IMG/VR virus record: IMGVR_UViG_3300027971_000050 | Length of the DNA: 20,000 nucleotides | Direction: 5' to 3' (one strand) | Origin: an uncultured virus (IMG/VR IMGVR_UViG_3300027971_000050) | Taxonomy: Duplodnaviria; Heunggongvirae; Uroviricota; Caudoviricetes | Shown: in pieces, positions 7,951 to 16,254 of the stretch | Layout: the number at the start of each line of letters is the position of its first letter | How positions within the stretch are numbered: the first letter of the stretch is position 1 | Position numbers and translations under genes: made by a program | The notes under the pieces: model-generated | Seen by the model: only the letters and a program-made list of their open reading frames with translations | Told to the model about the DNA's origin: nothing | Database searches by the model: none

Positions 7951-8571
7951 TCATGTCCATGAAATGTAAACAACGCCATTTGTACCGGCAACACCATTTG
8001 GACTGGCATAGTACCCTGGGCCACCATTACCACCAGTGCCATATGTATTGCCGTTTACAGAAACACCTGCGCCGCCAGCATAACTACTGCTGTTCCATGA
8101 TCCTGCGTTTCCGCTTGGAGTGCCTGCTGCTCCGCGGCTTGTAACGTTGTTTGGGTTACCTCCACCACCGCCTTCATTGTGATAAGTGCCGTTTTGTCCT
8201 CCGCCAGCACTAGCAGCGCCAAATGTTGTAGCCGATCCATCTTGTCCATTCCATCCACCAAACCCAACCCCTGAATTTGGGCCGCCAGCGCCTACAGAAT
8301 ATGCAATAACTTGGCCCGGAGTTACAGTAAGTGTTTGATTTAATAATTTGCCACCACTACCCGCGCCGCCGCCTGAGTATGGATATGCATATCCGTAATC
8401 TGTATTTCCAGCCGTGTATCCACCGCCACCACCGCCACCACCGCCAACAATACTGTATGTTATGGACACTATTCCTACAGGAACTGTAAAATTGCCAGAA
8501 CCGCTGGTGTACGTAACCGATCCGGGAGCTGCTCTTGCTACGGTAAAAAGACTGTTTATAGCGGCGAACAT
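7951..8571 (-). CDS. Glycine-rich tail fibre/adhesin domain protein
   Basis: Start placed at ATG 8571 (TAATG coupling with the upstream gene). FTVP..VGGGGGGG..GGGAGSGG..VTPGQ..VGAGG..GxxGVVYISW is the typical Gly-rich phage receptor-binding pattern. Confidence 0.75.
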   Translation of the reverse strand: MFAAINSLFTVARAAPGSVTYTSGSGNFTVPVGIVSITYSIVGGGGGGGGGYTAGNTDYGYAYPYSGGGAGSGGKLLNQTLTVTPGQVIAYSVGAGGPNSGVGFGGWNGQDGSATTFGAASAGGGQNGTYHNEGGGGGNPNNVTSRGAAGTPSGNAGSWNSSSYAGGAGVSVNGNTYGTGGNGGPGYYASPNGVAGTNGVVYISWT

Positions 8572-8957
8572 TATGGTGTAAATCCTTGAGAATAAGAACC
8601 ATACCAGTTTGTACCATCGCTCATAAATGTCAAAATATCCATCTTTCCAGCGGTGACTGTGATTGTGGGAGCGCCAACAACCCCCCACTTAACGCTTGTA
8701 AATGTGGCTGATCCGTTTCCTGTCGCCGCCGCTTGTTTAAGCAAAAGCACGAAAGATGAACCCGCAACCGCAGTAGGCATTGTGAATACGCAGGCAGTTG
8801 AAGCTGTCAACGTTGCAGTTTGAAATGTCCCACTTGTCAATGAAAGTGTGCTGGAAGTTGTAACAGTGCCAAGTGGAACAACACCCTCCGTATAAGGGCC
8901 ACTCATTGCCAGCCCGGGGGTAGATGTTCCAGTTGTTCCGTTGAGTGTAATAGTCAT
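8571..8957 (-). CDS. Short tail fibre module
   Basis: 128 aa, Thr-rich beta pattern ending VKW..APTIT..KMDILTF.SDGTNWYG. AAGGA RBS. Confidence 0.7.
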   Translation of the reverse strand: MTITLNGTTGTSTPGLAMSGPYTEGVVPLGTVTTSSTLSLTSGTFQTATLTASTACVFTMPTAVAGSSFVLLLKQAAATGNGSATFTSVKWGVVGAPTITVTAGKMDILTFMSDGTNWYGSYSQGFTP

Positions 8958-8966
8958 TTTTTATCC

Positions 8967-10058
8967 TTAACGAAGTTCTGATATTGTTACATTGCCTATG
9001 TTGCCACTATAAGAATAACTGGCCCCGGGGGGAATAATGGCCGTAGAAGTAACTGCGTACTGTATACTGGCACCAGTCCAATACGGGGCGCAAGCAACAA
9101 CACCGTTTACAGTTATAGAACAAGACGCAGTTGCGCCGCTCAAAGACCCGCTTGCTGTAAAAATAATTGGTTTACCGGTGGTGTTGTAGTAAGTTGTACT
9201 CGCTGTTCTAGAAGGATTTTGCCAAGTCTGTCCATAACCAATCGAACTTAAAGCAGTTAATGCTTGACCACCAACACCTTGAATAGTTGAGGGCGCAGTA
9301 GCCCATGTGCCTGCCGAAGCTTGGGTGCTGTCAATAAAACCGATTACACGAAAAGCCACAGACGTTCTGGCAGATGTTGAATAAACGGTACTTGCTGATG
9401 TTGCGCCTGCGCTAATAGCGGTGGTTGTAAGAAGTGTTGTTTCATCAAGGTTTGTTCCACCTGATATATTGACAACCGCAAGTTCAATTGTTCCCGCGTT
9501 GTTTAAAGCGATCACGACCAATCTAGACTGAACTGCGTTAACTGTTCCCAGTGTGGCAGAAGTAGGCACAACCAAGTTGGTTGGTGTTCCTGTAACAGTT
9601 GTAACAGCGCCGCTACCTAAAGTAGTTGAACGAAAATCCAAAGACAGCGGGGAGGCGGATATGGTTAAAGCGTTGGTTGCTACCGATGCTGAAATGGGTT
9701 GTATTTGTGCTGGAGCACTTGAAAAACCTTTTGATTGCGTATACCAAGTACTATTCGCTGACCTGTATACAAAACTTGCGGTAGTTCCTGCTAACAATGT
9801 TGTCGGCGCACCAACAATACTTTGCCCAGTATTTGAACTAACTGTTACCGTGCTAATTGTTTGTGTTGAACTGAACGAGATGGTCATGCCATCAACCGGA
9901 GCCGCAGGCATTATGATTGTGCCTGATGCCAGCGAACCAGCCGGGTTTATCAAAAGAACAGTTATGCCAGCGGCAAATGTATACGAAAAGCCCGTTATCA
10001 AGACTTGGTAGTCGTACTGCTGAAGCAGTCCGTTTGTGCCGTCAATTTTGGCTGTCAT
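8967..10058 (-). CDS. Tail fibre protein (paralog of 10347..11240)
   Basis: 363 aa, Thr/Ser-rich. C-terminal GYGQTW..R..TTYYNTTGKPI..ELR receptor-binding-type domain. Confidence 0.8.
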   Translation of the reverse strand: MTAKIDGTNGLLQQYDYQVLITGFSYTFAAGITVLLINPAGSLASGTIIMPAAPVDGMTISFSSTQTISTVTVSSNTGQSIVGAPTTLLAGTTASFVYRSANSTWYTQSKGFSSAPAQIQPISASVATNALTISASPLSLDFRSTTLGSGAVTTVTGTPTNLVVPTSATLGTVNAVQSRLVVIALNNAGTIELAVVNISGGTNLDETTLLTTTAISAGATSASTVYSTSARTSVAFRVIGFIDSTQASAGTWATAPSTIQGVGGQALTALSSIGYGQTWQNPSRTASTTYYNTTGKPIIFTASGSLSGATASCSITVNGVVACAPYWTGASIQYAVTSTAIIPPGASYSYSGNIGNVTISELR

Positions 10059-10061
10059 GGT

Positions 10062-10334
10062 TTACACCTTTGGGTATTTAGCTTTGACCGCCAAGCAGTC
10101 GGCTATGTACTTGTCAATCTGCGCTTGATCGCCTTTGACTACACCATCAAGGTAGTCCGCCATAGGAGGATACTCAGCGGCGCGCTTTTCAGCGTAAGTT
10201 AACTCTGGTGGCTTTGGACGTAACTCTTCGGCTTCTTCATCCGTAATCTGAACTGATCCAGCAGGGAGTAGATACTCGTGGTCAGCTGAATCAAGAAAGT
10301 GAACTGTATTGTCTGGTGCTTTGTAGTGTGTCAT
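10062..10334 (-). CDS. Tail fibre assembly chaperone-like protein
   Basis: 90 aa, LLPAGSVQITDEEA..YAEKRAAEYP..YLD..AVKAKYPK. Lies between fibre genes. Confidence 0.7.
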   Translation of the reverse strand: MTHYKAPDNTVHFLDSADHEYLLPAGSVQITDEEAEELRPKPPELTYAEKRAAEYPPMADYLDGVVKGDQAQIDKYIADCLAVKAKYPKV

Positions 10335-10346
10335 GTTTTTTTCCTT

Positions 10347-11240
10347 TTAACGAAGTTCGTTCCACGATCCAAGTGCTATATTATTTGCGGTTACTATATA
10401 AGACGCATTTGCTGGAACAATAAAAGTTCCCGAACAGGCAACAGTACCAGAACTATTTTGGCTTTGAGCAAATATAAATGCAGTAGCTCCGTTAATTGAG
10501 ACAGACAAAGACCCAAAATTTCCCACACCAGAACTACCCACAATAACGCAAGTAATTGGTTTACCCGTTGTATTGTAGTAGGTAGTTGTTAATGCCCTTG
10601 TAGGAGCAGAATAAGTCTGCCCATACCCCAAGCTACTCATTGCATTTAAAGCCTGACCACCATAGCCTTGGATAGTTGATGGCGCTGTAGCCCATGTTCC
10701 TGCTGTGGCTTGAGTAGACTCTATGTATCCAATTACACGATATGCAACACTTGTACGGGCAGTTGTAGAGTAAATAACGTTTGCGCTATCAGCCGCACCA
10801 GCGCCGCCTTCAGCGGTTGTGCTGATAAGGTTTGTTTCATCAAGTTGGTTACCACCACTGATATTGACCGCAGCCAATTCAATTGTTCCAGCGTTGTTTA
10901 GGGCTAGAACAACAATCCTAGACGCTGTTGCATTCACTGTTCCAAGTGTGGATCCACTTGAAATAACTAAGTTAGCAGGCGTACCTGAAACGGTCGTCAC
11001 AGTGCCGCTACCAAGGGTAGTTGAGCGAAAGTCTAAGTTCAATGCCGATGCAGAGATAGTCAGCGCACTAGCCGCCACCGATGCAGAAATAGGTTGGATT
11101 TGTGATGTTATGTTGTTGGCAAGAGCTATCGTTCCTGATGCTGTCGGCAACGTCAGTGTGTAGTTGCTGGATGTATTTGGGGATGTAATCGTGAGAATCC
11201 CCGTTCCTCCTGCGTTTCCTGATATGGCTACTGAACTCAT
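10347..11240 (-). CDS. Tail fibre protein (paralog of 8967..10058)
   Basis: 297 aa. N-terminus MSSVAISG..TLTLPTASGT; shares QIQPISASVA..ELR with the downstream paralog. Confidence 0.8.
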   Translation of the reverse strand: MSSVAISGNAGGTGILTITSPNTSSNYTLTLPTASGTIALANNITSQIQPISASVAASALTISASALNLDFRSTTLGSGTVTTVSGTPANLVISSGSTLGTVNATASRIVVLALNNAGTIELAAVNISGGNQLDETNLISTTAEGGAGAADSANVIYSTTARTSVAYRVIGYIESTQATAGTWATAPSTIQGYGGQALNAMSSLGYGQTYSAPTRALTTTYYNTTGKPITCVIVGSSGVGNFGSLSVSINGATAFIFAQSQNSSGTVACSGTFIVPANASYIVTANNIALGSWNELR

Positions 11241-11249
11241 AGGTATTCC

Positions 11250-11861
11250 TTAAACAATTGACCAGACAGAACCAGAAGGAACTGTAACTGTAATACCCGT
11301 GTTTATTGAAACAGGGCCAAACGTACCTGCGTTTTTGCCATTTGGGATTGTGTAGCTACCAGTAACTGTTAAATCATTCTCAAAGAATATTTGGTTACCG
11401 GCTGTACCAGATGCGCCACCACCGCCACCTGCCACTTTTACAAAATCGCCAACTGTGTCGTCCCATGCAACCAACGCTGAACCAGCAGCCTCAATCTCAA
11501 CACCTGTTGTGTATCCCGAAGAAGTAACAGCACGAACATAAATGCTTGATTGACCGCCGCAGTTATTTACCACAACGTAAAGCTTACTTCTATTTGGCGC
11601 ATTGATATAGCGTGTGGTTCCGGCAGTAGGTGTGGTTGTTCCATAGGCAACCAAGATTGCCGACCGCGCTTCGTTAGAAACACCGCCAGCTGTATCAGTC
11701 AACGTCCAATCGGAAGCGGACACATCTTTTGACGAATACCCCGCAATTGCATCATCAAGAAGCTGCGTTAAGGAGGAATTGATAATTCCGCCCCATATGT
11801 CTTGTAACTCCCCTGTTACGGGGAGTACAAACCCAAGTAGTGAGGTATACGATGAAGACAT
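11250..11861 (-). CDS. Tail fibre anchor/proximal subunit
   Basis: 203 aa. N-terminus SSYTSLLG..LP.TGE..WG..IN, typical of fibre attachment domains; C-terminus FFEN..YTIP..NA..GP..TVTVPSGS.W.IV. Confidence 0.7.
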   Translation of the reverse strand: MSSSYTSLLGFVLPVTGELQDIWGGIINSSLTQLLDDAIAGYSSKDVSASDWTLTDTAGGVSNEARSAILVAYGTTTPTAGTTRYINAPNRSKLYVVVNNCGGQSSIYVRAVTSSGYTTGVEIEAAGSALVAWDDTVGDFVKVAGGGGGASGTAGNQIFFENDLTVTGSYTIPNGKNAGTFGPVSINTGITVTVPSGSVWSIV

Positions 11862-11873
11862 GCCGTCCCCCTA

Positions 11874-12566
11874 TTAAGACCAGTTACCGATTGTTACGTT
11901 GGTGGTGCTGTTGGATGCGTTTGTTGCATATACCCTGAAGTATGAACCAACACCAACAACCGCAGCGTTAGCTACACCCAAAGACACTTGAGGAATTATT
12001 GTGCCAGCCACAGTGACGTTCAGTTGACCTTTGATGAGTGCAAAACCAACTGTATTAACTGAAGCCGTTGCCAGTGTGGTGTTTGCTGCCGTGTTAAATG
12101 TTGCTTGTGTAGCTGTTGCAGTAGCTAAGGTCGCTGTACCTTTTTGAGCTTCTGCCCACCAGCTTTGTGTGTATGTTGCCGTACCAGCAAAAGCAAAACC
12201 AAATGAACCAGAGGTTGAGCTCATGCTGGATAAGCTGAAGAAACACTCAAAGAAATAAGTGCCGACCGGCAAAGTAACCTGTCCGTTGGTTGTGTTGTTA
12301 AACAGTTTTTGCGCAGCCGTTTGAGAAGTCAGTGTGTAGGCTGTGTTCAACACCACAATCTGCTGAGCAACAATTGTTCCACGGGTTGATCCAGCTACAT
12401 CCCCATAAAAAGATGTGCCGTCATACTCAATTGCGCCAGCAACAGGAGTGGTTAAGTTAGTACCTGCCGTCAAGTTGATTGGGGCAAGAGTAGCTGTACC
12501 CGCCACTATAGAAAGGTTGTTTACACCAGTGATGACGTTTGTTACGCCGTTTACTTGAATAGCCAT
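11874..12566 (-). CDS. Tail fibre-like protein
   Basis: 230 aa, Thr/Ala-rich, containing GTNLTTPVAGAIEYDG. Located in the fibre cluster. Confidence 0.7.
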   Translation of the reverse strand: MAIQVNGVTNVITGVNNLSIVAGTATLAPINLTAGTNLTTPVAGAIEYDGTSFYGDVAGSTRGTIVAQQIVVLNTAYTLTSQTAAQKLFNNTTNGQVTLPVGTYFFECFFSLSSMSSTSGSFGFAFAGTATYTQSWWAEAQKGTATLATATATQATFNTAANTTLATASVNTVGFALIKGQLNVTVAGTIIPQVSLGVANAAVVGVGSYFRVYATNASNSTTNVTIGNWS

Positions 12567-12576
12567 GATTGTTCCT

Positions 12577-14016
12577 TTAGATCAGTGTCCAACTACTTGT
12601 GGAAGGGACGGTTACGATTGCAGAAATTGTCAGTGGTGTTACCCACTGTGCGTTGCTGTTGGCTGTGATTGTGTAGTTGCTTGATATTGTATTAGACTGC
12701 TCCAAACCGCCAGCCATATAGTTAGGGGCAGAACCGCCCATGTACAGGTTGTATCGGTTTGTGCCAACAGCTAAGTTGCCGTAAAAACCATACGCGTTGG
12801 TTATTGTGGTTGCGCCCTGTGTACCAATCGTACTTTCAGCGTAGAAACCGGATTGGTTGGTAACTGTTGAACCTGCTCCGCCTGCTGCCGGGTTTACATA
12901 GTTGTGGTGTAGGTTTGTGGCTGTAACAGACGCAGCCAAAGCAACTTGCGAAGTAAATGGGAGCGCTGTTGATGTTACATCTGACTGAACAGCGCCATCA
13001 TTACGCACGCCATAAGCTGTTGTTGCCCCTGTAATATTCTTAGAAACTCTTAAAGAGCTTGCTGTTAGGGTTGAAGCGCCAATACCAACGTTACTGTTGG
13101 TGTCAATAAGCATTGCATCCGTTGCGCTGCTGTTTATTACAAACCGAATGTTGTTTGACCCGATTGTTCCCACAACCATGTCAGTGCTTGCGGTTACAAA
13201 AAATCCGTATCCGGCTGCGTTAAGAGAACCAGTGCCTGTGTAACCCGATGAGTTGATACCAAAAGCGGCATAGTTTGTCGATGCTGTTCCGTTATTGTTA
13301 TAAACAATGAATTCCGCAGATGCCGCAGTACCATTGCTTGTGTTTTGAATAACGTTTTGAAAGTAGCTGTTTACGCTGGTTTGTGCAGACTGAACAACAC
13401 CTGTGTCAGAAAAACCCAAAGTGCCGTAATTAAACGCTCCTTTGTTAGTCGATGTAGTGGTGTCTTGTGTTGTGTTAACAGATGTGAAAGACGCTGTACC
13501 ACCGCTAATTGTTGGGGTGTTTATAGTAGGGCTGTTTAATACTACGTTTGTAAATGTTCCATCAACTACTGATGGTGCAGCAATAGTCGGAGTAGTAAGC
13601 GTAGCATTAGTAAATGTGCCGCCACTCACCACAGGCGAACCTATTGTTGGTGAGTTTATGACCAACGCCCCGTTTGGAGATACAGCCCCGCCAGTTGTGT
13701 CTAAATAAACTGCCTTTTCAGATGGCTGCGTAATGATTACCGTTTTTGTACCGGAAGTGAAATTAACTAGCGCGTTTGCACTTGAAGAAGATAAGACAGT
13801 GGTTCTTGCAAGACTGTTTGTTGCAACAGTATATGTTCCAACCCCAACTTCCCACTGTCCGCCAGCTGTCGCAATCATTGCGTAGTAGGTAGTGCTGCCG
13901 TCTGCTAAGACGGAACTAAAAGAAGAAAACCCAGTAGCAGCGCCACCAAAATAAATACTACCTGTACCTGAGGTAGTGGTTGTTTCTCTAACGCGGTCTG
14001 CAAGTATGAGTGCCAT
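12577..14016 (-). CDS. Tail fibre protein
   Basis: Start placed at ATG 14016 (AAGGA RBS). N-terminus MALILADRVRETTTTSGTG..WEVGVGTY..LAR.TVL.SS; short (I/L)xxPxI repeats; NVGIG fibre-shaft motif. Confidence 0.8.
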   Translation of the reverse strand: MALILADRVRETTTTSGTGSIYFGGAATGFSSFSSVLADGSTTYYAMIATAGGQWEVGVGTYTVATNSLARTTVLSSSSANALVNFTSGTKTVIITQPSEKAVYLDTTGGAVSPNGALVINSPTIGSPVVSGGTFTNATLTTPTIAAPSVVDGTFTNVVLNSPTINTPTISGGTASFTSVNTTQDTTTSTNKGAFNYGTLGFSDTGVVQSAQTSVNSYFQNVIQNTSNGTAASAEFIVYNNNGTASTNYAAFGINSSGYTGTGSLNAAGYGFFVTASTDMVVGTIGSNNIRFVINSSATDAMLIDTNSNVGIGASTLTASSLRVSKNITGATTAYGVRNDGAVQSDVTSTALPFTSQVALAASVTATNLHHNYVNPAAGGAGSTVTNQSGFYAESTIGTQGATTITNAYGFYGNLAVGTNRYNLYMGGSAPNYMAGGLEQSNTISSNYTITANSNAQWVTPLTISAIVTVPSTSSWTLI

Positions 14017-14027
14017 GTTTTTCCTTT

Positions 14028-14309
14028 TTAAACCGTGGGGACTAACGTCCACGGCTCATTGATTGCGCCATCAGCAAAAGTGCCTTCACAAAAAGAAAGC
14101 GTGCCGTACGTGTCAAAATCATAAGCAACACTGATAGCGCCGGTTGATACTTGTGTCCAGTTTGGGCTTTGTGTAGTGTTTATTAAATTCCACGCTTCGT
14201 TAACTGCGCCATCAGCAAAACAGTCTTCTGCAAAAGCAAACGAACCGTACGTACTGAAATCGTATGCGGCTGTAGTTGTTGCGGTGTTGATTTGCGTCCA
14301 AGTTGTCAT
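14028..14309 (-). CDS. Small virion protein built of two 47-aa repeats
   Basis: 93 aa: WTQ.....AYDF.TYG..F.E..FADGA.NE.W occurs twice. AAGGAG RBS. Confidence 0.7.
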   Translation of the reverse strand: MTTWTQINTATTTAAYDFSTYGSFAFAEDCFADGAVNEAWNLINTTQSPNWTQVSTGAISVAYDFDTYGTLSFCEGTFADGAINEPWTLVPTV

Positions 14310-14318
14310 GGCAACTCC

Positions 14319-14744
14319 TTACGCAAGCCTGATGATTGCGGACGTATTGGATGGGTCTGGGAACTGCACTGTGAACACAGCAGTGGATGTCTTATCCGCC
14401 CCAAAATCCAAAACACAAACTGCCGGGTTGCCACCACCATTTTGGTAAATCAATGCGCCACGGGCTGTCAGAGCTGAAGTCCAAACGGCATTGTTGAATG
14501 AAATGTAGGCCGTATTGCCGGAGTTACCTACCGTAGGTGCCTGCGCAATCGTGAGAGCAAGACCGCCAGCCGTGTACCCTGAAGCCACAACTTCACCCGT
14601 AGACGTATAAGCCGTGGTAGTGGCATCAAGCGTGGCTGCATTAGTGTACAGAGCCATATAGAACGTGCCGGACGTAAAGTTGAACGTCCCGTTCATCAGC
14701 CCTGTTTTGAACGAGTTGCAAGCCCAGTTGCCAGTAAAAGCCAT
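14319..14744 (-). CDS. Conserved virion structural protein (tail/neck-associated)
   Basis: 141 aa, SFK..L..G..F..ALYT..ATL...TTAY....EV...GYTAGG..L..ARGALIY..VLDFG.DKTS. Coupled to the adaptor gene. Confidence 0.65.
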   Translation of the reverse strand: MAFTGNWACNSFKTGLMNGTFNFTSGTFYMALYTNAATLDATTTAYTSTGEVVASGYTAGGLALTIAQAPTVGNSGNTAYISFNNAVWTSALTARGALIYQNGGGNPAVCVLDFGADKTSTAVFTVQFPDPSNTSAIIRLA

Positions 14745-15412
14745 TATCTGACCCCATTATTCTGAGGTAAGGGCGCAGTCCGGTACTGGCCACTGCGGTA
14801 CGCATCGCTGCGCTCCATGCCGTCGCCCAAACGTTTTGCCAACGCAAGTGCTTCTTTGTATTTGGCATCGTACCCAAGCATAATGTCTGGCTCACCTTTC
14901 ATGTAAGTGTAAGCCTCTACCAAAGTGCCATACAGCAACACGCTGTCAAAGTTGTCGCCCAGCCATGAGGTTTGCGAAATGACAATTGAAGATGGGTAGT
15001 AGTAATAGTGCAACTCAATTGTGTAAGTTGCATCAGGGGTGGGGCCAACAATAAATGTCAATTCAGCCTCATCTGCGCTTGAGGGGCCAAACAAAGCATA
15101 GTACTTCGGCACACCGGTGTCGGTTGCCTTTGGATACGCCTGACGGATAAAGTTGACATCTTTATTGAGCAAGAACTCTTGCCCATCCGCAGTTGTAATT
15201 GCCATTGAATAAACAGCAAGAAAATCCAAAGGGCAGGTAACGTATTGGAAACTAGCTGTTGTAGATCCAGTAACGTTTCTACGCAAAGATGGAAACTGCA
15301 CTGAGTTGTAAATGCGCTGCTCCGCCTGCTCTATGAAAAGATTCATGTCAGTCGTGGCAAAAGTATTCTCCGTGTAATCGGAAACCGCAGTTACAAGCTC
15401 TGTGTAATTCAT
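14744..15412 (-). CDS. Head-tail adaptor (tail tubular protein A-like)
   Basis: 222 aa, MNY.EL..AV.DY.EN..FI.QAE.RI..G.PKYYA..GPTPD..Y..ELHY..LLYG.LVEAY.YMKG. Confidence 0.7.
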   Translation of the reverse strand: MNYTELVTAVSDYTENTFATTDMNLFIEQAEQRIYNSVQFPSLRRNVTGSTTASFQYVTCPLDFLAVYSMAITTADGQEFLLNKDVNFIRQAYPKATDTGVPKYYALFGPSSADEAELTFIVGPTPDATYTIELHYYYYPSSIVISQTSWLGDNFDSVLLYGTLVEAYTYMKGEPDIMLGYDAKYKEALALAKRLGDGMERSDAYRSGQYRTAPLPQNNGVR

Positions 15413-15690
15413 GCCATTGGGCCTCTAGCCATTACGCCTTTGGTTGCCGCACCTGTGCCACGCATTTTGATACCGTCAGTTTTGATAGGCTCATCACCAG
15501 CAGACTTACTGATGTTGCCAACAGTCACGTCATAGGTTTCAGCCTTGCTGCGGTTAGGAGGAAAGCCGGGGTTTGTACCAAACTCATCAGGCGCTTTGGT
15601 CATTTTTTTACCAGACATATCATGCGGTTGTGCGTAGACGCTGGCTGGGCCAACTTCTTTGCCGCCTTTTTTCATGCTGAATTTAGCCAT
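15409..15690 (-). CDS. Small basic protein with MKKGG and RGTGAATKG motifs
   Basis: 93 aa, translationally coupled to both neighbours. Confidence 0.7.
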   Translation of the reverse strand: MAKFSMKKGGKEVGPASVYAQPHDMSGKKMTKAPDEFGTNPGFPPNRSKAETYDVTVGNISKSAGDEPIKTDGIKMRGTGAATKGVMARGPMA

Positions 15691-15854
15691 TATTTGCCCC
15701 TTTGATTGTTGGCACGAGCCATGTTACGTCCAACAGCACGCATTTGCATACCTGTTGGGCCTCCTTTTGCCATCTTGTGCATACGGCTTTCATGACCCTT
15801 AACCATTTTTTTGGCTTCAGTGTCAGCAATCTTTTTTACCTGCTTTGTGTCCAT
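15690..15854 (-). CDS. Small basic protein (54 aa) with a MAKGG motif
   Basis: Start placed at ATG 15854 after the AAGGAG RBS: MDTKQVKKIAD..HKMAKGG..GRNMARANNQRGK. Confidence 0.7.
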   Translation of the reverse strand: MDTKQVKKIADTEAKKMVKGHESRMHKMAKGGPTGMQMRAVGRNMARANNQRGK

Positions 15855-15864
15855 GATCGACTCC

Positions 15865-16254
15865 TTATGTCGTTGCAACTGTAACTGTACCAATTATCAC
15901 TGCTATTGCCAAATAATTTGGGGTCAAGAACGTGTCAAAGCTTGATGCTCCGCCAACTGGTGCCCATCCCCACTGATAAATCCGGCTACCACCCCCGTTA
16001 TACCCATCTGCCAGCAAGCCAGAGACTTGATAACTCAGGTCAGGACGCGGATCACGCACCCCTTGCGGGTCATCCACTGGATACATACCCAACTGAAGCT
16101 GTGGATGGTCAGGGTCCCAGCACTGAGGGCACACTTTCAAGTCGTACGTCTTTGTTTTGACAACGAGCTTTTTAAGTAACGTCAGTTTGTACCGAAACCC
16201 GCAGCGGTCACACTCTGCAATTGAGTTCTTGCCAGAGGAAAACCGATTACCCAT
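15865..16254 (-). CDS. CxxC..CxxC zinc-finger protein of unknown function
   Basis: 129 aa containing CDRCGFRY..VCPQCWDPDHPQL..DPRPD. Confidence 0.75.
   Translation of the reverse strand: MGNRFSSGKNSIAECDRCGFRYKLTLLKKLVVKTKTYDLKVCPQCWDPDHPQLQLGMYPVDDPQGVRDPRPDLSYQVSGLLADGYNGGGSRIYQWGWAPVGGASSFDTFLTPNYLAIAVIIGTVTVATT

Noticed and set aside
8967..11240. Diversity-generating retroelement (TR/VR pair) as an explanation for the duplicated fibre tips
   Set aside because: Both copies are intact coding genes with differences at all base types, including synonymous sites and indels, rather than adenine-specific changes. No reverse transcriptase is present in the window.
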